DNA from: Chiloscyllium plagiosum
Taxonomy: Eukaryota
DNA length: 64,000 nucleotides
NCBI RefSeq assembly: GCF_004010195.1
Contig: NC_057711.1
Span: 71,691,385 to 71,755,384, forward strand
Direction of reading: 5' to 3'
Shown: positions 11,100-24,340 of the stretch, piece by piece
Numbering within the stretch: position 1 is the stretch's first letter
Layout of the letters: every line of letters begins with the position of its first letter
Position numbers and translations under genes: made by a program
The notes under the pieces: generated by a model
Databases searched by the model: none
What the model saw: only the letters and a program-made list of their open reading frames with translations
Told to the model about the DNA's origin: nothing

Positions 11100-13297
11100 T
11101 TTAAAAAGTTGCAGTTTGTCGGGCCATAGAGACTGGGACCTTAGAAAACCTTGTTCCTGACAATTGAAACAAAAGCTCTCACAATATCTGTAGATATAGT
11201 TCTTAAAGAAGAAGCACTTTTCACTGGCACTAAGTCAACTACTATTTTGCTTTTGACCATTACATGAGTACCTAACAATATCTTCGCTGAGTTATAACTA
11301 TTCAAACAGTATATGCAGTTCTATTTTACAGATCAAGAAATAGATGATCTCAAGAAGAATTTAAAAAGAATGCTTGTCATTGTCAAGCAGGAGCTTTGCA
11401 AAATTACCAAAAACACGCTCATTGAATTAGTAATCACCTGTATATCATTTAAGGACTTTTGGAAGGATTCTTTGGGCAAGAAAAAGACCATACATTGTTA
11501 CTTTGCATGAGGATGGACTCAAGCATGAAGCCATCGCAGGTCAACAGCAATTATATGTTTTAGGTACAGCCAACCCTTATGCGACAGTTAGCATAGTGCA
11601 CCAAGCTAAAAGAATCTGTAACAGATGTGATTTGTCACACCGAACCAAAAACTGTCTAGCTTTTCTTGATATGTGCAAACTCGATGGCAGCAAAGTACGT
11701 GAGCATGCAAATGCAGGAAGTCTGATTCCAAGGGCCAAAGTAGACCCCAGAAAAAAAAACACTGGTGATCAACAAGATGGTACAAGAGTACAACACTGGC
11801 ACCAAGGAAAATGCCAGCCATATGCATAAAGTCAAACATATAAATGAGGTTTAGAGTAAGCCAAGTGAAAGGCAAATTTCAGAACTTAACCAAATTTTCC
11901 ATATTGTTAACCTCACACAGCCTGTCAATGCTATATGGAAATCAGAAGCTTTGACAACCATTAATATCATATGTTCTGAAAAATTAGGCTGATATATACT
12001 AAGAGCTTAAATCAACATAGGAGTTCATGCCAACTTATTACTAATATGCATCTTGAAAGACATTTACCTCTGAACATGGTGCTCCATTGTACCATTGAGA
12101 GACTATGAGAGACTGTCCACAGCATTAAGCAGATCACAAACTTCATGTATTGGCACAATCACAATGCAGTGCCCATACGCAATCTAACATTGGCTTCTCA
12201 AAATCTGCAAACAGGTGGACACCAAAGGTTTGGCTGTGGCAGGAGTACCTTTATACACAAATCTCAGAATGGATTCACAATGCATCCACTCTGGGGAAAT
12301 AGATGATATGTGGTGCAATCACATCAATCAACAATCTCAAACACCTGTACCTAAACTAATACAACATGATCAGCAATTTTATAGTGATGCAATTGCTGTT
12401 TTAGGATGGTGTGATCCCAATTATTGATCCTTTCAAGAAATGTTGGGTGCACATTCAGGAGAAACACTGAGCAAAACGAATGACATGGAGCAAAGCGGTA
12501 TAACTTGGAAGATCAACGACCACACAAATTGGTATAGCTCCATTACTTATATTTTAAAGAAAGATATCACCATCAGAGTGTATCTACATCCAAGGCAGTT
12601 CAAGCTTTCATTTAAGTGGTGTCCATGCAAAATACCAATACTGGAAGAATTAAATCCTAAATTTAAAATATCTTAAGAATCGAGAGCAATATCCTTTTCT
12701 ATGCCAGATGTAAAGCATGATTGTCTGTAAATACAGCAGAAGAATTCCAAGAGCTTTTGACATTTAGGATTCCATTTGGACAGTACTGTCTCCAACAGTT
12801 GCACTAAGCCTCTCTTTCAAGATTACAAATTCCGGCAGCATGCAGATTAAGTTTATTGAGTATATATCTGGTTTGTATATCCATTGCTGACGATATTGCA
12901 ATCATGGGTAAGATAAAGTCACAACATGAGCCATAGCCTTCACCTTCTGATGGCAGCAGTGTGATTACATGGATTGATCTTTAACAGCACCAAGTGGCAG
13001 ATCAAAATCAGCCAGATAAAGGTCTTTGCTGTCCATCTCAATCCAGATTAGATCAAAGATGTTAAAAAATGCAGACTCCGTAGGATAAAAAAGATCGGCA
13101 ACATTGCCTCAGATTTTTTACTTCCTTTCACCATATATTCTCAATTTTGTGACAAATTATCTCTTCCGAGAGATTTGCTCAAGATGGACATCCACAACGT
13201 GTGACAAGACAACCACCAAAATGTTTTGATTCTCTCCAGCAGGTTCAGTCAGCAAAATCTTGCCTGCTGCAATGCTATGATCTAAGGAAAGACACAA
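11100..13297 (+). mobile_element. Degenerate Gypsy/Ty3 LTR retrotransposon: gag zinc knuckle, protease, RT
   Basis: CNRCDLSHRTKNCLAFLDMC knuckle; MEQSGITWKINDHTNWYSSITYILKKDITIRVYLHPR...KIPILEEL; LLTFRIPFGQYC; catalytic IADD at 12883-12894; start coordinate approximate. Confidence 0.85.
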
Positions 13298-13860
13298 TTA
13301 ATATAACAGTAATTTCGCTCCAAGGTTTTCGGATAAAGGAATCCTGACCTGTATTTCAAATTAGTCTCTGTGTAGCCAAAATAAATAAATCCTCCCAGAT
13401 GCGTCTTGAATACCATTAGGGCATCCCTTGATAATAATCTTTTGTAACTCTTGGAGTCACTCATTTTTGGCCATTGCTGATTGCAATATTGTACCTGAAA
13501 AATGTCTCCAATTTCATCAAGTAAATCAACAACATGTTGGTCAAGAAGAATATTTTTATTTTTGTGAGTGTTATGTAATCTGCTCAGTATGTCAGATGTA
13601 ATCATCCTCATAATCAGCCTGGTACCTGATTCATGTCTCTCTTTGGGAAAGTTTGATCTTTGCAGCTTGACTATTTCCACTGCCTTGTGATCCAATTCAA
13701 CAGTGATATTCTTGTCAGTCAAGTATATGTGAAACAACATGATCCCAAGTACCAGAATTAAAGTCTCATGTTCTATATGAGAAACATTGGCTTGTACAGA
13801 TGATATGGCTTTTGAACCAAATGCATAGATGTTTCATCTTTTTTATGATGCACTCAGGTT
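13298..13860 (-). pseudogene. Gypsy RNase H and downstream linker, inverted relative to the adjacent RT
   Basis: Minus strand reads AFGSKAISSVQANVSHIEHETLILVLGIMLFHIYLTDKNITVELDHK, matching the Ty3/Gypsy RNase H pattern AFASK..Y..IERE.LA..FH.YL....V..DHK. Confidence 0.85.
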
Positions 13861-15520
13861 GCTCCTATACAACTGAAGTAAGACTTCACTTCTCCTGTGC
13901 TCAAAGCATTTTACTATAAGGGTTAACAAGGCTATGAAGACTTAATCTTCCCAATAGCCTACTGTGCCTCCACGTTAGCCTTCAGTGACTCATTGATAAA
14001 GATACCTAGGTCCCTTTGTAACTTTAAACTTTGTAACTTTATAAGTTGGGCCAAAAGGTCTGTTTCCATGCTGTATATCTCTATGACTCTATGATTCTAA
14101 AACTTTCCAACTTCTTACCAATTAAGAAATAATTAAGAACACATCTGTTCTTCATACCAAAGTACATAACTTTACATATTTCCATGTTATTTTCTATTTG
14201 CCACTTCCCTGCACACTCTCTGAGCCTGTCCAAATCCTTTTAAATCTGCTTTACATCTTCTTCACAGCATTTTTCTCACTTAGCTTTGCATCATCCTCAA
14301 ACTTGTAAATAGTACACTGGGTCCCCACATCCAAATAATCCATTTGTGTTGTGAACAGCTGGCACCCATATTCTGATCCTTGTAGTACTAATTAGTCATA
14401 GCTTGCCAATATGAGAATTATCCACTTATTCCTACTATCTGCTTTCTGTCTGTTAGCCAATCCTCAATTCATGTTAGTGTATCACCTCCTATCACTTGCC
14501 CTTTGTTTTTGCTGATGAAATTCCTGTGGGGAGCTTTATCAAAAGCATTCTGAAAGTCGAAGTAAACTATGACCATTGATTCCCATTTTTTTAGTAACAT
14601 CCTCAAAACATATCAACAGGTTTATCAAGTATGATTTTCCATTTGCAAATGACTACTGACAATGCCCAATCAGGTCATTATTACCCAAATGTCCATTTAA
14701 AATAGATTCCAGTATTTTCTCTGCTACTGATGTAAGACTACTGATGCAAAGCTGATCTGTTGTTTCCTAGTTTCTTTATTGCACCCTTTTTAAATAGTGG
14801 AGTGGCATTTTGCTAGCTTCCAAGCTGCAAGAATCATTTCAGAATCTGTACCATTCCAGTCACCTCCAACAACACTCTAAAGTCCCAGGGACTTGCTAAC
14901 TTTCAGCTTCATTAATTTCTCTGGGACAATCTGCTTGAAAAATGAATTTCCTTCAATTTCCCATTCTGCCTGGTCACTTCGATCTCTAATTTTGGGAGAT
15001 TTTGTGCACATTCCTCAGTGAAAACAGACACAAAGGAATTATTTAGTCTCTCTGCCATTTCTCTGTTCCCGTGATAAATTCTTCTGCCTTTGCCTGTAAT
15101 GGAACATTTTAGCCAAACAATTTCTTTTTACATGCTTATAGAAGCTTCTATGAACCGTACTTACGTCAGTTGTTTTCTACCCTCCCTTTCCTTGTCAGGT
15201 GTTTGGTCCTTCTTTGCTATATTTTAAAACGATCCCAATCCGAGATTTAATAACATGTCTAGCAATTTTATAAACCTATTCTTTTAATCTTATGCAATCT
15301 TTAGTTTTCTTTCTCAGCTGTGATTGCCTGACCTTTTTCTAGCTTTTGCACTTTGAAAGAATATACAGCTGTGTACAGCATATGATAGCTTTTTCAGACT
15401 ACCCATTTTTAATGTACAGTCATGCCTTTTAATGTGTTTTCCCAATACACTATGGCCAATTTGTGCCTCATAATATTATCAAATTAAACATCCTTACTTT
15501 CTTTGCATTTGTGCTTTGCT
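13861..15520 (-). mobile_element. Old CR1-type LINE ORF2 relic containing a short young CR1 tail (+, about 14042-14098)
   Basis: Reverse complement at about 14282-14305 encodes KFEDDAKL (KFADDTKL); DFQNAFDKAPH at about 14525-14560; insert ends ctatgactctatgattct. Confidence 0.75.
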
Positions 15521-15649
15521 CTTTATCTGCACTGGTGCTATATTTTACAGTTTGATTTGTATGTACATTCAAACCAAGGAACGACAGTAGATCAAAGCAA
15601 CCTACAAAATAATCCAGGGCCTCCTGATCCTGAAAGTCTTCTATCATCT

Positions 15650-15820
15650 GAGTGTTGGTAATTCTTCAATTGGCTACATTGCTATAAAAGAGAGTTAATG
15701 TTTCAAGTCCAGTGCCACTTTGTTGTTAATTGTGTTTTTCTACAGATGCTTCCAGACCAGATACGTTTCTCCAGCATTTTCAGTTTTTGTTTCAGATTTC
15801 CAGCATCGTCAGTTTGTTTT
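15650..15820. mobile_element. Degenerate PLE pLTR fold-back remnant
   Basis: cagatgcttccagacc...ttctccagcattttcagtttttgtttcagatttccagcatc preceded by an inverted piece. Confidence 0.55.
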
Positions 15821-17009
15821 ATTTGAATAAAAGCACTCTTGTTCCTGAGTCAAAAGACTGTGAGCTTAAGTTTCAATCCATAATTTAGCATAACTGTGGG
15901 ATTGTTACATTATTGGAATTGGTATATTTTGATGAGGATATTGAAATTTGCATTTGGGCTCTCTCACAGCAGAACAGTACGAGTAATGAGTGCATGCTAG
16001 GAAACTGCAGACCTGCAGGACCTGATAGAAACTCAAGCATTACACAGATGCAATTTCATATTAGACCAAAGCGATCCCAACTGTTCTTGCAGTTCCTGTA
16101 GATGTTCAACATCTCATAACTGCTTTGAAGAAAAACAGCATTTTCAGTGAGTTGTTCTGCATAGTTTCCTGATCGTGTACTCGCCTGACATTCACACACA
16201 ATGTTCCGCAGAGTTCACAGGTCAGAAAGCACAACCTGAGGCTTACTAGCACTATACGGTTCAGTGCCAAATTGGTTAATGCAGTGACCCACTAACACCT
16301 CAGCTAAGCTCCTGAATACAATGTTAACCCAAAGCACTGACAAAAGCATCATTAAACTTTACACAGGGACATATCCATTTTTAGCTCCTTCAATGTTTGC
16401 TGCCACACATGTGAAGTGACGAAAGGTCAATATTTCTGCAGTGAACTAGTGTCCATTGAATGTAAGGCTTAGATTTTGAGAAAATACATTTCAGTTTAAT
16501 ACATATAGTTTTCCTACATTTCTGTGCACAAAACAATTTGCAGTTCCCTGCAGTATAGGATCCCTCTATGATCAAAAGTACACCAAGTGAGTAACTGAGT
16601 ATATAATGATGTCCCACAGGAACAGATGAGGTTATATTGTCGCCCCACAGTTAGTAAGCTGAATAAGGAAGAGTTTATCACATTATTAACTCTGAAGATG
16701 TTTCTTCCCTTCCTTAGAAAACATCATTCTAAATGCTATCATTATATATTACATTAAGTCACACAATTTTGTAACTGGATTATTTTTTTAAGCACTTCTT
16801 TTGTTTATTTGTTTGTGAAATGTAGCAATTGTAGGCAAGGTCTGCATTTATCATTTATCCAAGCTGCTTCATCAGTGACCTTCCCTCAACCAAAAGGTCA
16901 GAAATGGGGGCATTTGCTACAATTACAGTGTTCAGAATCACTCCTCAGACACCGAAGCAGTCTCTGTCCAAACGAAACAAATCCGAGACAAAACTCAGAT
17001 TTGGACGGA

Positions 17010-17285
17010 AAATGACCATCTCCAACAAGAGTGAATCCAAACCTCATCCCTCAGCATTCAATAGCACTACCACCACTTCAAGTTCCACTATCAACATCCT
17101 GAGGATACTATTAACCAAAAACTAATATTTTGGTTACAAGATCAGGTCACAGACAGAATCCAGCAAGTAACTCACCTCCTGATTTTTCAAAGCTCGTCCA
17201 CCTTCTACAAGACACAATTCACAAGTGTGATGGAATACTCCTAATATGCCTGAATGAGTGCAACTCCACTAATACTCAAGAAAGC
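17010..17285 (+). mobile_element. LINE-B (CR1/L2-group APE-RT LINE, clade unresolved) post-RT fragment
   Basis: MTISNKSES...TINILRILL; homologous to the reverse complement of about 26.8-27.1 kb and to 28.3-28.6 kb. Confidence 0.65.
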
Positions 17286-18420
17286 AAAGTAGTAAACATT
17301 GTCTGCATGGACTTGAGCAAGGCCTTCAAAGAGATTCCACATGGTAGATTGATTAGTAAAGTCAGATAACATGGGATCCAGGAGAGCTAGCCGAATGGAT
17401 ACAAAATTAGCTTGATGGTAGGAGACAGATGGTGGTGGTAGAGGGTTATTGCTCAAATTGGAGGTCTGTGCCCAGTGGTGTTCCACAGGGCTTGGTGCTG
17501 GTTGTTTGTCATTTATATGAAATGAATTGGATAAGAAAATAGGAGCTATGGCTGGTAAATGTGTAAAAGATCAGTGTCTAAACTTACATAATGATACCAA
17601 AATTTATGGTATAGTGGACAGTGAAGAAGGTTATGAAAGGGTATAATGGGATCTTCCTTAACTGGACCAGTGGCTGGGAAATGACAACTGGTGCTTAATT
17701 CAGATAAACGTGAGGTGTTTGCATTTTGATAAGACAAACCAGGGCAGGGCACACACAGTTAATGCTAGGGGACTGGGGAATGTTGTCGAACAGAGAGACC
17801 TGAGGGTTCAGGTGTATTGTTCCTTGAAGGTGGTGACACAGGTAGTCAGGGAGGAGAAAGTGAGGACTACGGATGCTGGAGTACCAGAGTTGAAAACTGT
17901 GGTGCTGGAAAAACACAGCAGGCCAGGCAGCATCCGGGGAGCAGGAGAATCGACGTTTCGGGCATAAGCTGAAGAAGGGCTTATGCCCGAAACGTCGATT
18001 CTCCTGCTCCTCGGATGCTGCCTGGCCTGCTGTGTTTTTCCAGCACCACATTTTTCGACACAGGTAGACAGGGTGGTGAAGAAGGTGTTTGGCACGCTTG
18101 CCTTCATCGGTCAGAGTACTGAGTACAGGAGTTATGATGTCATGTTACAGCTGTACCAGACATTGGCAAGGCCATATTTGGAGCACTACATGCAATTCTA
18201 GCCACCCTGCTATAAGAAGAATGTTATTAACTGAAAAGGTTGCAAAAAAGATTTTCAAGGATGTTACTGAGACTGGAAGGTTGGAGGGAGAGGCTCCATA
18301 GACTGAGACATTTTCCCCTGGAGCATAGGCTGAGTAATGACCTTATAGATGTTTAAAAAATCATGAAGGCATGATAAGATGAATATCCAAGGTCTTTTCC
18401 TAAGTGTAGGGGAGTCCTGT
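17286..18420 (+). mobile_element. CR1 RT relic interrupted by a PLE insert
   Basis: MDLSKAFKEIPHGRLISKVR; VEQRDLRVQVYCSLKVVTQV then DRVVKKVFG...LARPYLEH. Confidence 0.9.
17852..18056. mobile_element. Non-autonomous PLE fold-back insert (family A) with intact hammerhead core at 17969-17996
   Basis: 17-bp TSD gacacaggtag(t/a)caggg at 17835-17851 and 18057-18073; 72-bp inverted arms 17898-17969 and 17979-18050. Confidence 0.88.
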
Positions 18421-18639
18421 ATTGCAGATCCATGAGCGTGGCCCTCCATGACAGTTGCCTTTCTCTCATTGAAGCTAGCCATACAGTCTGACAAGTGATG
18501 GCAATGTTCATGAGTAGCATGAACTCCTCCATTATCCATGCCAGTGCCTGCAATGCCTCTGGAATCTCTGTCACATTTCCATACTTCTTGCGCTGGATAA
18601 GAAAGTGTGTTTAGGATCAACATCTCAACTTACATGAAG

Positions 18640-19370
18640 ACAATAATAAAGGGCATGAAGTCAGAGCTGGCTCAACTGAATTTGGAAATAAGGTTACAAT
18701 ATGTTTGCTGACATCAACAATCTGAACAATGGGATGGCAGCACATGCTCACACCCTATTGTTTCAAGGACACTTAGCAAATTTTAATTGAATCAGGAACA
18801 GTCAATGGTTTTGCAAAAGAGAAATTGTGTTTGACTAATTTATTAGAGTTCTTTGAGAAAGTAACAAGCAAGATGGATAAGGAGGAGTCCAGAAGACATT
18901 TGACAAGTAGCACTTAAAGGATCACAATCTAAAATAAGACCTAATGAGATATAATTGATTATATCAATAAGATATAATGTAGAATTAACATATTTGCACA
19001 AATAGAGGCTTGGTGATACAACGGGAAACAATTATCTTACAATTGACAAGAATATAACAATTGGAGAGCCACAGGGATCAATGCTTGGGCCTCATTATTT
19101 ACAATCTATAATCTTGAATGAAGTTACTGAATGTGTATGGTTGCTAAATTTGCTGATAACACAAAACAAATAGGATAATAAGTTGTGAAGAAGACGTAAG
19201 GAGTCTGTGAAGGGATTTCCATAGAGTTTAAGATAGACATTTGGCGGACGAAGTAAAATGTGGAAAAACAACATACTATTTCGATAGAGGGAGATTGCAG
19301 AACTCTGTAGGAGAGAAGGATCTGGGTGTCCTGGTACATGCACCACAAAACAATAGCATAAAGGTTGAGC
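18640..19370 (+). mobile_element. Old CR1 RT relic
   Basis: CLTNLLEFFEKVT at about 18827-18866; GEPQGSMLGP; AKFADNTK at about 19143-19166. Confidence 0.75.
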
Positions 19371-20127
19371 AGTCTCCTGGCCCCACTTCAGACTGAATGG
19401 AGGCCAGCCCTACCTCAAATCCACTGCCAACATCCACCCACCGCACTCCAGCCCTGACACACGCACACACACACGTACACACAAACATACACACATGACT
19501 TTGGCTGACTAGAGCTCACTTATCCACTACTATTTTGCATCCAATTTGATTCTTCTCTCGAACAGGCCTTGGGCCCATCTCCAGTCACATGAAGCAAGTT
19601 AGCAGCCACCTCATAGGTAATTTTTCCCAGAAGAAGCCAACTGCAGACCTGGTGTCTGTGTAGAAATATTTTTGTAGGCATAAACACCTTAGATTAAAGT
19701 CAGGTTCAGGAAGGTTTTATTGTGATCTGACAAGCTGCACATTGGAAGAGTGAAATGATTTTCTGTTCATAAATGTCTCCAGCTGTTATACTGATGCCTT
19801 CATAGTGGTATGTAGTATAAACTCTCATTGAATTTAAGAGAAGCCAATTTTGTAAATATCCCAACCTAACCTAGTCCCACCTGCCAGCACCTGGCCCATA
19901 TCCCTCCAAACACTTCCTAGTATAAACTCTCCTTGAATTTAAGAGAAGCCAATTATGTAAAAAAAAGCCCAATACCTTCTGTGCCTGTAAGACCACATCA
20001 CAAAGAGTCTATCTATGGCACTGAGAGTGTACCAATGGAGAGCTAATCAAGGGATGACATAGTTGACTTCAGCAGGTCCCAGCAAGGAACTGGCTGCAGA
20101 AAAACTGAGGGTTAGAGCAACTTTTGT

Positions 20128-20355
20128 TGGTATGGTAGCTCAGTGTGGTTAGCACTGCTGCTTCACAGCACTAGGGACCTGGGTTCAATTTCTGTGTGGA
20201 GCTTGCACATTATCCCCATATCTGCATAGGTTTGTTTTCCCACAGTCCAAAGATGGTGGATTATACATGGAAATGCAAGAATCTCGGTGGGATGTTTTTC
20301 AGAAGGTCAGTGTGGACATAAGTGGCCTGTTTCCACATTGTAGCAATTCTAAGAT
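20128..20355 (+). mobile_element. HE1-like SINE, degenerate
   Basis: ggtagctcagtgtggttagcactgctgcttcacagcactagggacctgggttcaat followed by tgtgtggagcttgcacatt. Confidence 0.8.
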
Positions 20356-20476
20356 TGAGTGCAATAGGCAGTGCATAGGATCAGTTGATTGAGGTACAAG
20401 ATCTTCCTCCAACAGGGACAGATATCTTTAGTTTATCTGTAGATGTTTGCAGCTTTTGTCTGCAATGCCTCTCATT

Positions 20477-21013
20477 CATAGAGTCATAGAGTCACAGAGA
20501 TGTACAGTACAGAAACAGACCCTTCAGTCCAACTTGTCCATGCTGACCAGATATCCCAACCTAACCTAGTCCCACCTGCCAGCACCTGGCCCATATCCCC
20601 CCAAATTCTTCCTATTCATATACCCATCCAGATGCCTTTTAAATGTTGTAATTATACCCACCTCCACCATTTCTTCTGGTAGTTTATTCCATACACATAC
20701 CATCCTCTGTATGAAAAAATTGCCCCTTAGGTCCCTTTTATATCTTTCCCCGCTCATCCTAAACCTATGCCCTGTCACTCTGGACTCCCGCACCCCAGGG
20801 AAAAGACTTTGTCTACTTACCCTATCCATGCCCATCGTGATTTCATAAACCTCTATAAGGTCACCCCTCAGCCTCTGACGCTCCAGAAAAAACAGCCCCA
20901 GCCTATTCAGCATCTCCCAATAGCTCAAATCCTCCAATCTTGGCAACATCCTTGTAAATCTTTTCTGAACCCTTTCAAGTTTCACAACATCCTTCTAATA
21001 GGAAGGAGACCAG
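20477..21013 (-). mobile_element. CR1 3' fragment with (CTATGACT)n tail
   Basis: ORF 20566..20985 KLERVQKRFTRMLP...RLRGDLIEVY; catagagtcatagagtc tail. Confidence 0.95.
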
Positions 21014-23134
21014 AAAAGCTGCGCAGCCTAGTATCTCCCCCTTCTCCTCTTTCCTGCTGTTCATGTTGTTGCCTCTGCCAACACTTGGCAGGATACCTTC
21101 AATCTGGCTGTATATTGCTGTTGCTGCCCTTCCTCGACTGTGCCAAGTGTGAGTAAGTGCCTATTTTTTCAACTTCATTCCTTTGCTATGCACTGCTCAC
21201 CCAGCAAGCTTGATAACCTGTTCCACCTCCCAACATTATGCCCAAGGAATACTCCAGAAAATACATCTCCACCCTTAAATTTCACCAGCCCAGTTGTGGA
21301 TCTGATATCAATCTCTACTTCTAAAATAAGGCCTTTAAGTTACAATTTAACTTGGGTAAACTTTGCACAAAGGAAACACAGCTTTTAAGAGGGTTTGAGA
21401 ATGTTTATAATTCAACCATAAAGTTGTGACTTCCTAACTGTTGATTCAGGCAAAACTTGTGTCTGCTTAACTCCACTAAGTCCACCACTGATTTTAAATG
21501 GACCCCCTCCTTTGTGTATTACACTAACCCTGCTTTCCTCTACCTGTGAAAATTATTTCACCTAAAGGTTGGAGTGGAACATCCAGATACATGATCTTTC
21601 TTGCTATGCCTAAAGGTCCACGGGCTCTCCCTGACTCTCCAGAAATCTGGCCCAAGCTTTTTAATGAAGATTTTTGTCACATGCCCTTATACCTCCTGGT
21701 GTTGCTCAATGCTAAATTTTGTTTTATAATGATATGAAGTATCTTGGGACATTTAATTAATGAAGTTGAAGGTATTATGCAAAATCGAAGCTGTTGACTA
21801 TTCTCCATCATAAAGTGGTGTTGACCCCTCCATGACCATCCTGCCTAAGATCTGAGAATCCAGTAAAGATAAGGAAGCACTTTTTTTCTTTTTGTGTGCG
21901 ATATTGTTATGAATGCAACCAAAAAGAGTGATGTTATCCAAATGTTCTCGTTTTATTTCTGGAATTGATTGTATTCCTACAACCTCACATCAGTTGATAC
22001 ATCTCCCCAACTGCTAGTGAGTATATCCACTGTCTGTTATTTGTACTCAAATACAGTTTTATTTCATAAATCTTTCAGGTTTTTGCCCCTGTCATATTGT
22101 GCCAAATCTAGCTGAGCAAATCAGTAAAATCAATTGTTCTTCTTGAACCAGCCAGGCTCAGTACACAACTAAAGTTGCCTTATACAATTGATATTTTCAG
22201 CTCCAGTTTACTAAATATATTAATTCCCAATGAAGGTAAAACTAATATTGATTACATGGTATTGTGAAATTAGATGAAAAAGCAAATTACATTTTAGCAG
22301 CAATGAAAATGTGAATAGTTATATTCTCACTGTAATCTTCAGGTGCTGGTCTGCATGAATACATTGATCAAAATCTGCACAGAACATAAACATAGTTGTT
22401 GATGCTTGTCATTGCTTCTCATTTTTTTTATCAGGGGAGGTTGGAAAGGACAAGATAGTGATGGCCTGCTTTCCATGATCATTTGTGATGTAGCTGAAAG
22501 GAAAAACAAATTGCTTGGAAAAGGCACTTTCCCACTTTACTGTCCTCTTTTTGTTAAATTCAATGCAGAGCTGTTTTTGACAATAGTAGGCACTGTGCAT
22601 TAATGGAAAAGGATGACTTCTACTTTCATGAGAGTTGGAAAGAAAACGTGTAAAAAGAAAAACAATCTAAGATGGCAAAAGTGCTCTTTGCTTGTATTTC
22701 CAGAAAAAAAAAATCTATGTCAAGTAAGGTTTACGAGATCAAAGTAACATTCAATTGTTCTGATTCAGTCAAGGTTCCAAGTATATGCCTTTCTGACACA
22801 TAGAAATCAACAATTATGTCATTGATAGATGTGGGAAATTGACCCCAAATCCCTGGGGAGATAAAACCTTTGGGAGACTGGAAACAAATCAGGAATTGTT
22901 AAGTTTCAGAATGCATTTGTTAGTAGCTTTTTTAATGTAGCCACTGTAATCTGTTTTAGTTGATGCATTTATAGTGACTGAGCAAGGATCAGTGTTGAAT
23001 CATGGTTGACCTGTTCAGTTGATCCAAAAGTTACAAAAATGGACAATGCAGAGCCAGGCTTCATCAATTCTCATACTGCAGGCTGTAAAGACTCACAGGG
23101 AAATCCTGTTTCTTGAGGACAAGAGTAAAAAGAC

Positions 23135-23480
23135 TAAAACAAAAGTGAAATACTAGAGATGCTGGAGATCAAAAGTGAAATCAGAAAGTACTGGAGAAAC
23201 TCAGCTGGTCTAGCAGCATCTGTGGAGGAAAGAAAACAGTTAAAGGTTCAAGTGCAATATGATTCTTCATTGAGACTGAAGAGAGGTAGAAATGTTTTAT
23301 GCTGTTGACAAAATGGAGAGGAGCATGTGGAACAAAAGGGAAGGCAAGGGAAAGTTTAGAGGGCAAGGAAGATTAGAAATCAAATGCTTCATGGAAAAGG
23401 CAAAAGACAAAGGGAGTGGTAATCATTATAAAGAAGCTATGAAGCATAGATCCAGAGTAGGTGTTAATAGCAGAATACAC
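23135..23480 (-). mobile_element. PLE 3' UTR/pLTR relic (family C-like)
   Basis: gagatgctggagatc...ctggagaaactcagctggtctagcagcatctgtggag is the reverse complement of the PLE tail. Confidence 0.6.
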
Positions 23481-23489
23481 TTACACATA

Positions 23490-23775
23490 AATACAGAAGT
23501 AAGCCATTTGATCCTTCAAGCCTATTCCTTACTATTCAATAATGCCTTCATTTAATTTGTTTGCATTCCAAATAATATGTTCCCACTCACCCCAGATAAC
23601 CTTTGATTTACTTGCCAAACAATAGTCTATCTACCTGCACATTAAAATATTCAATTATCCACATCCCTATCAGCTTCTGAGGCAGAGTTCCAAAACTGTA
23701 CAGCCTTCTGAGAGAGAAATGTTCCCCTCCTTTCTGTTCTAGAAGAATGAGCTCTAATTTGAAAACCATGTCTTC
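23490..23775 (-). mobile_element. Old CR1 3' tail
   Basis: acataaatacagaagtaagccatt...ggcagagttccaaa, similar to the tails at 3885 and 4270. Confidence 0.55.
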
Positions 23776-24164
23776 TGGTTCTGAGTACAGATCAGCTCTG
23801 ATTGAAATCAAAAACAAGAAAACAAGATATTGGATGAAGGTGAGAGAAGGGTGGAAATCGAAAGGAAATTGATGAATGTTTTCAGTTGGGGATCCGAGTA
23901 GGAAGCAGCATTGATACAGTTATCTGTGTGCTCAAAACGAATAGTGGAAGGAGATCCCAAGTTGAAACAAAGAATGTTCCAGATACCCCTCAAAATGGCA
24001 GGTTTTATTAGGTCTCTTGTGATATCTGAGGCCGAAAGAGAAAGAAGGCTACAACAGGAAGAAAGCAGAAGCCATACTTGAACTTGCAGCAACAACAATT
24101 TGTGGAGCATTGATCCTGGATACAGCATCAAAAGAGGTTCAGAATCTATGAATGAGTGGTATTG

Positions 24165-24340
24165 CACATTCACTGCTCTTGCAGGAAATCAATATGTACC
24201 CCATGGATCTATCCTTAGCCTCTTACTTTTTCTCAGCTCCACGCTATCCCTCAACAACATCATGTGCCAGCACAGTATTATGTTTTACATGTACACTGAC
24301 GAACCCCAGCACTCCCTCAGCACTACCTTCTCCAAGTTGC
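24165..24340 (+). pseudogene. L2 LINE RT core fragment (appears to resume after the LTR at about 24987)
   Basis: VPHGSILSLLLFL...LNNIMCQHSIMFYMYTDE matches L2-type GVPQGSILGPLLF...LG.II..H...FH.YADD. Confidence 0.75.
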
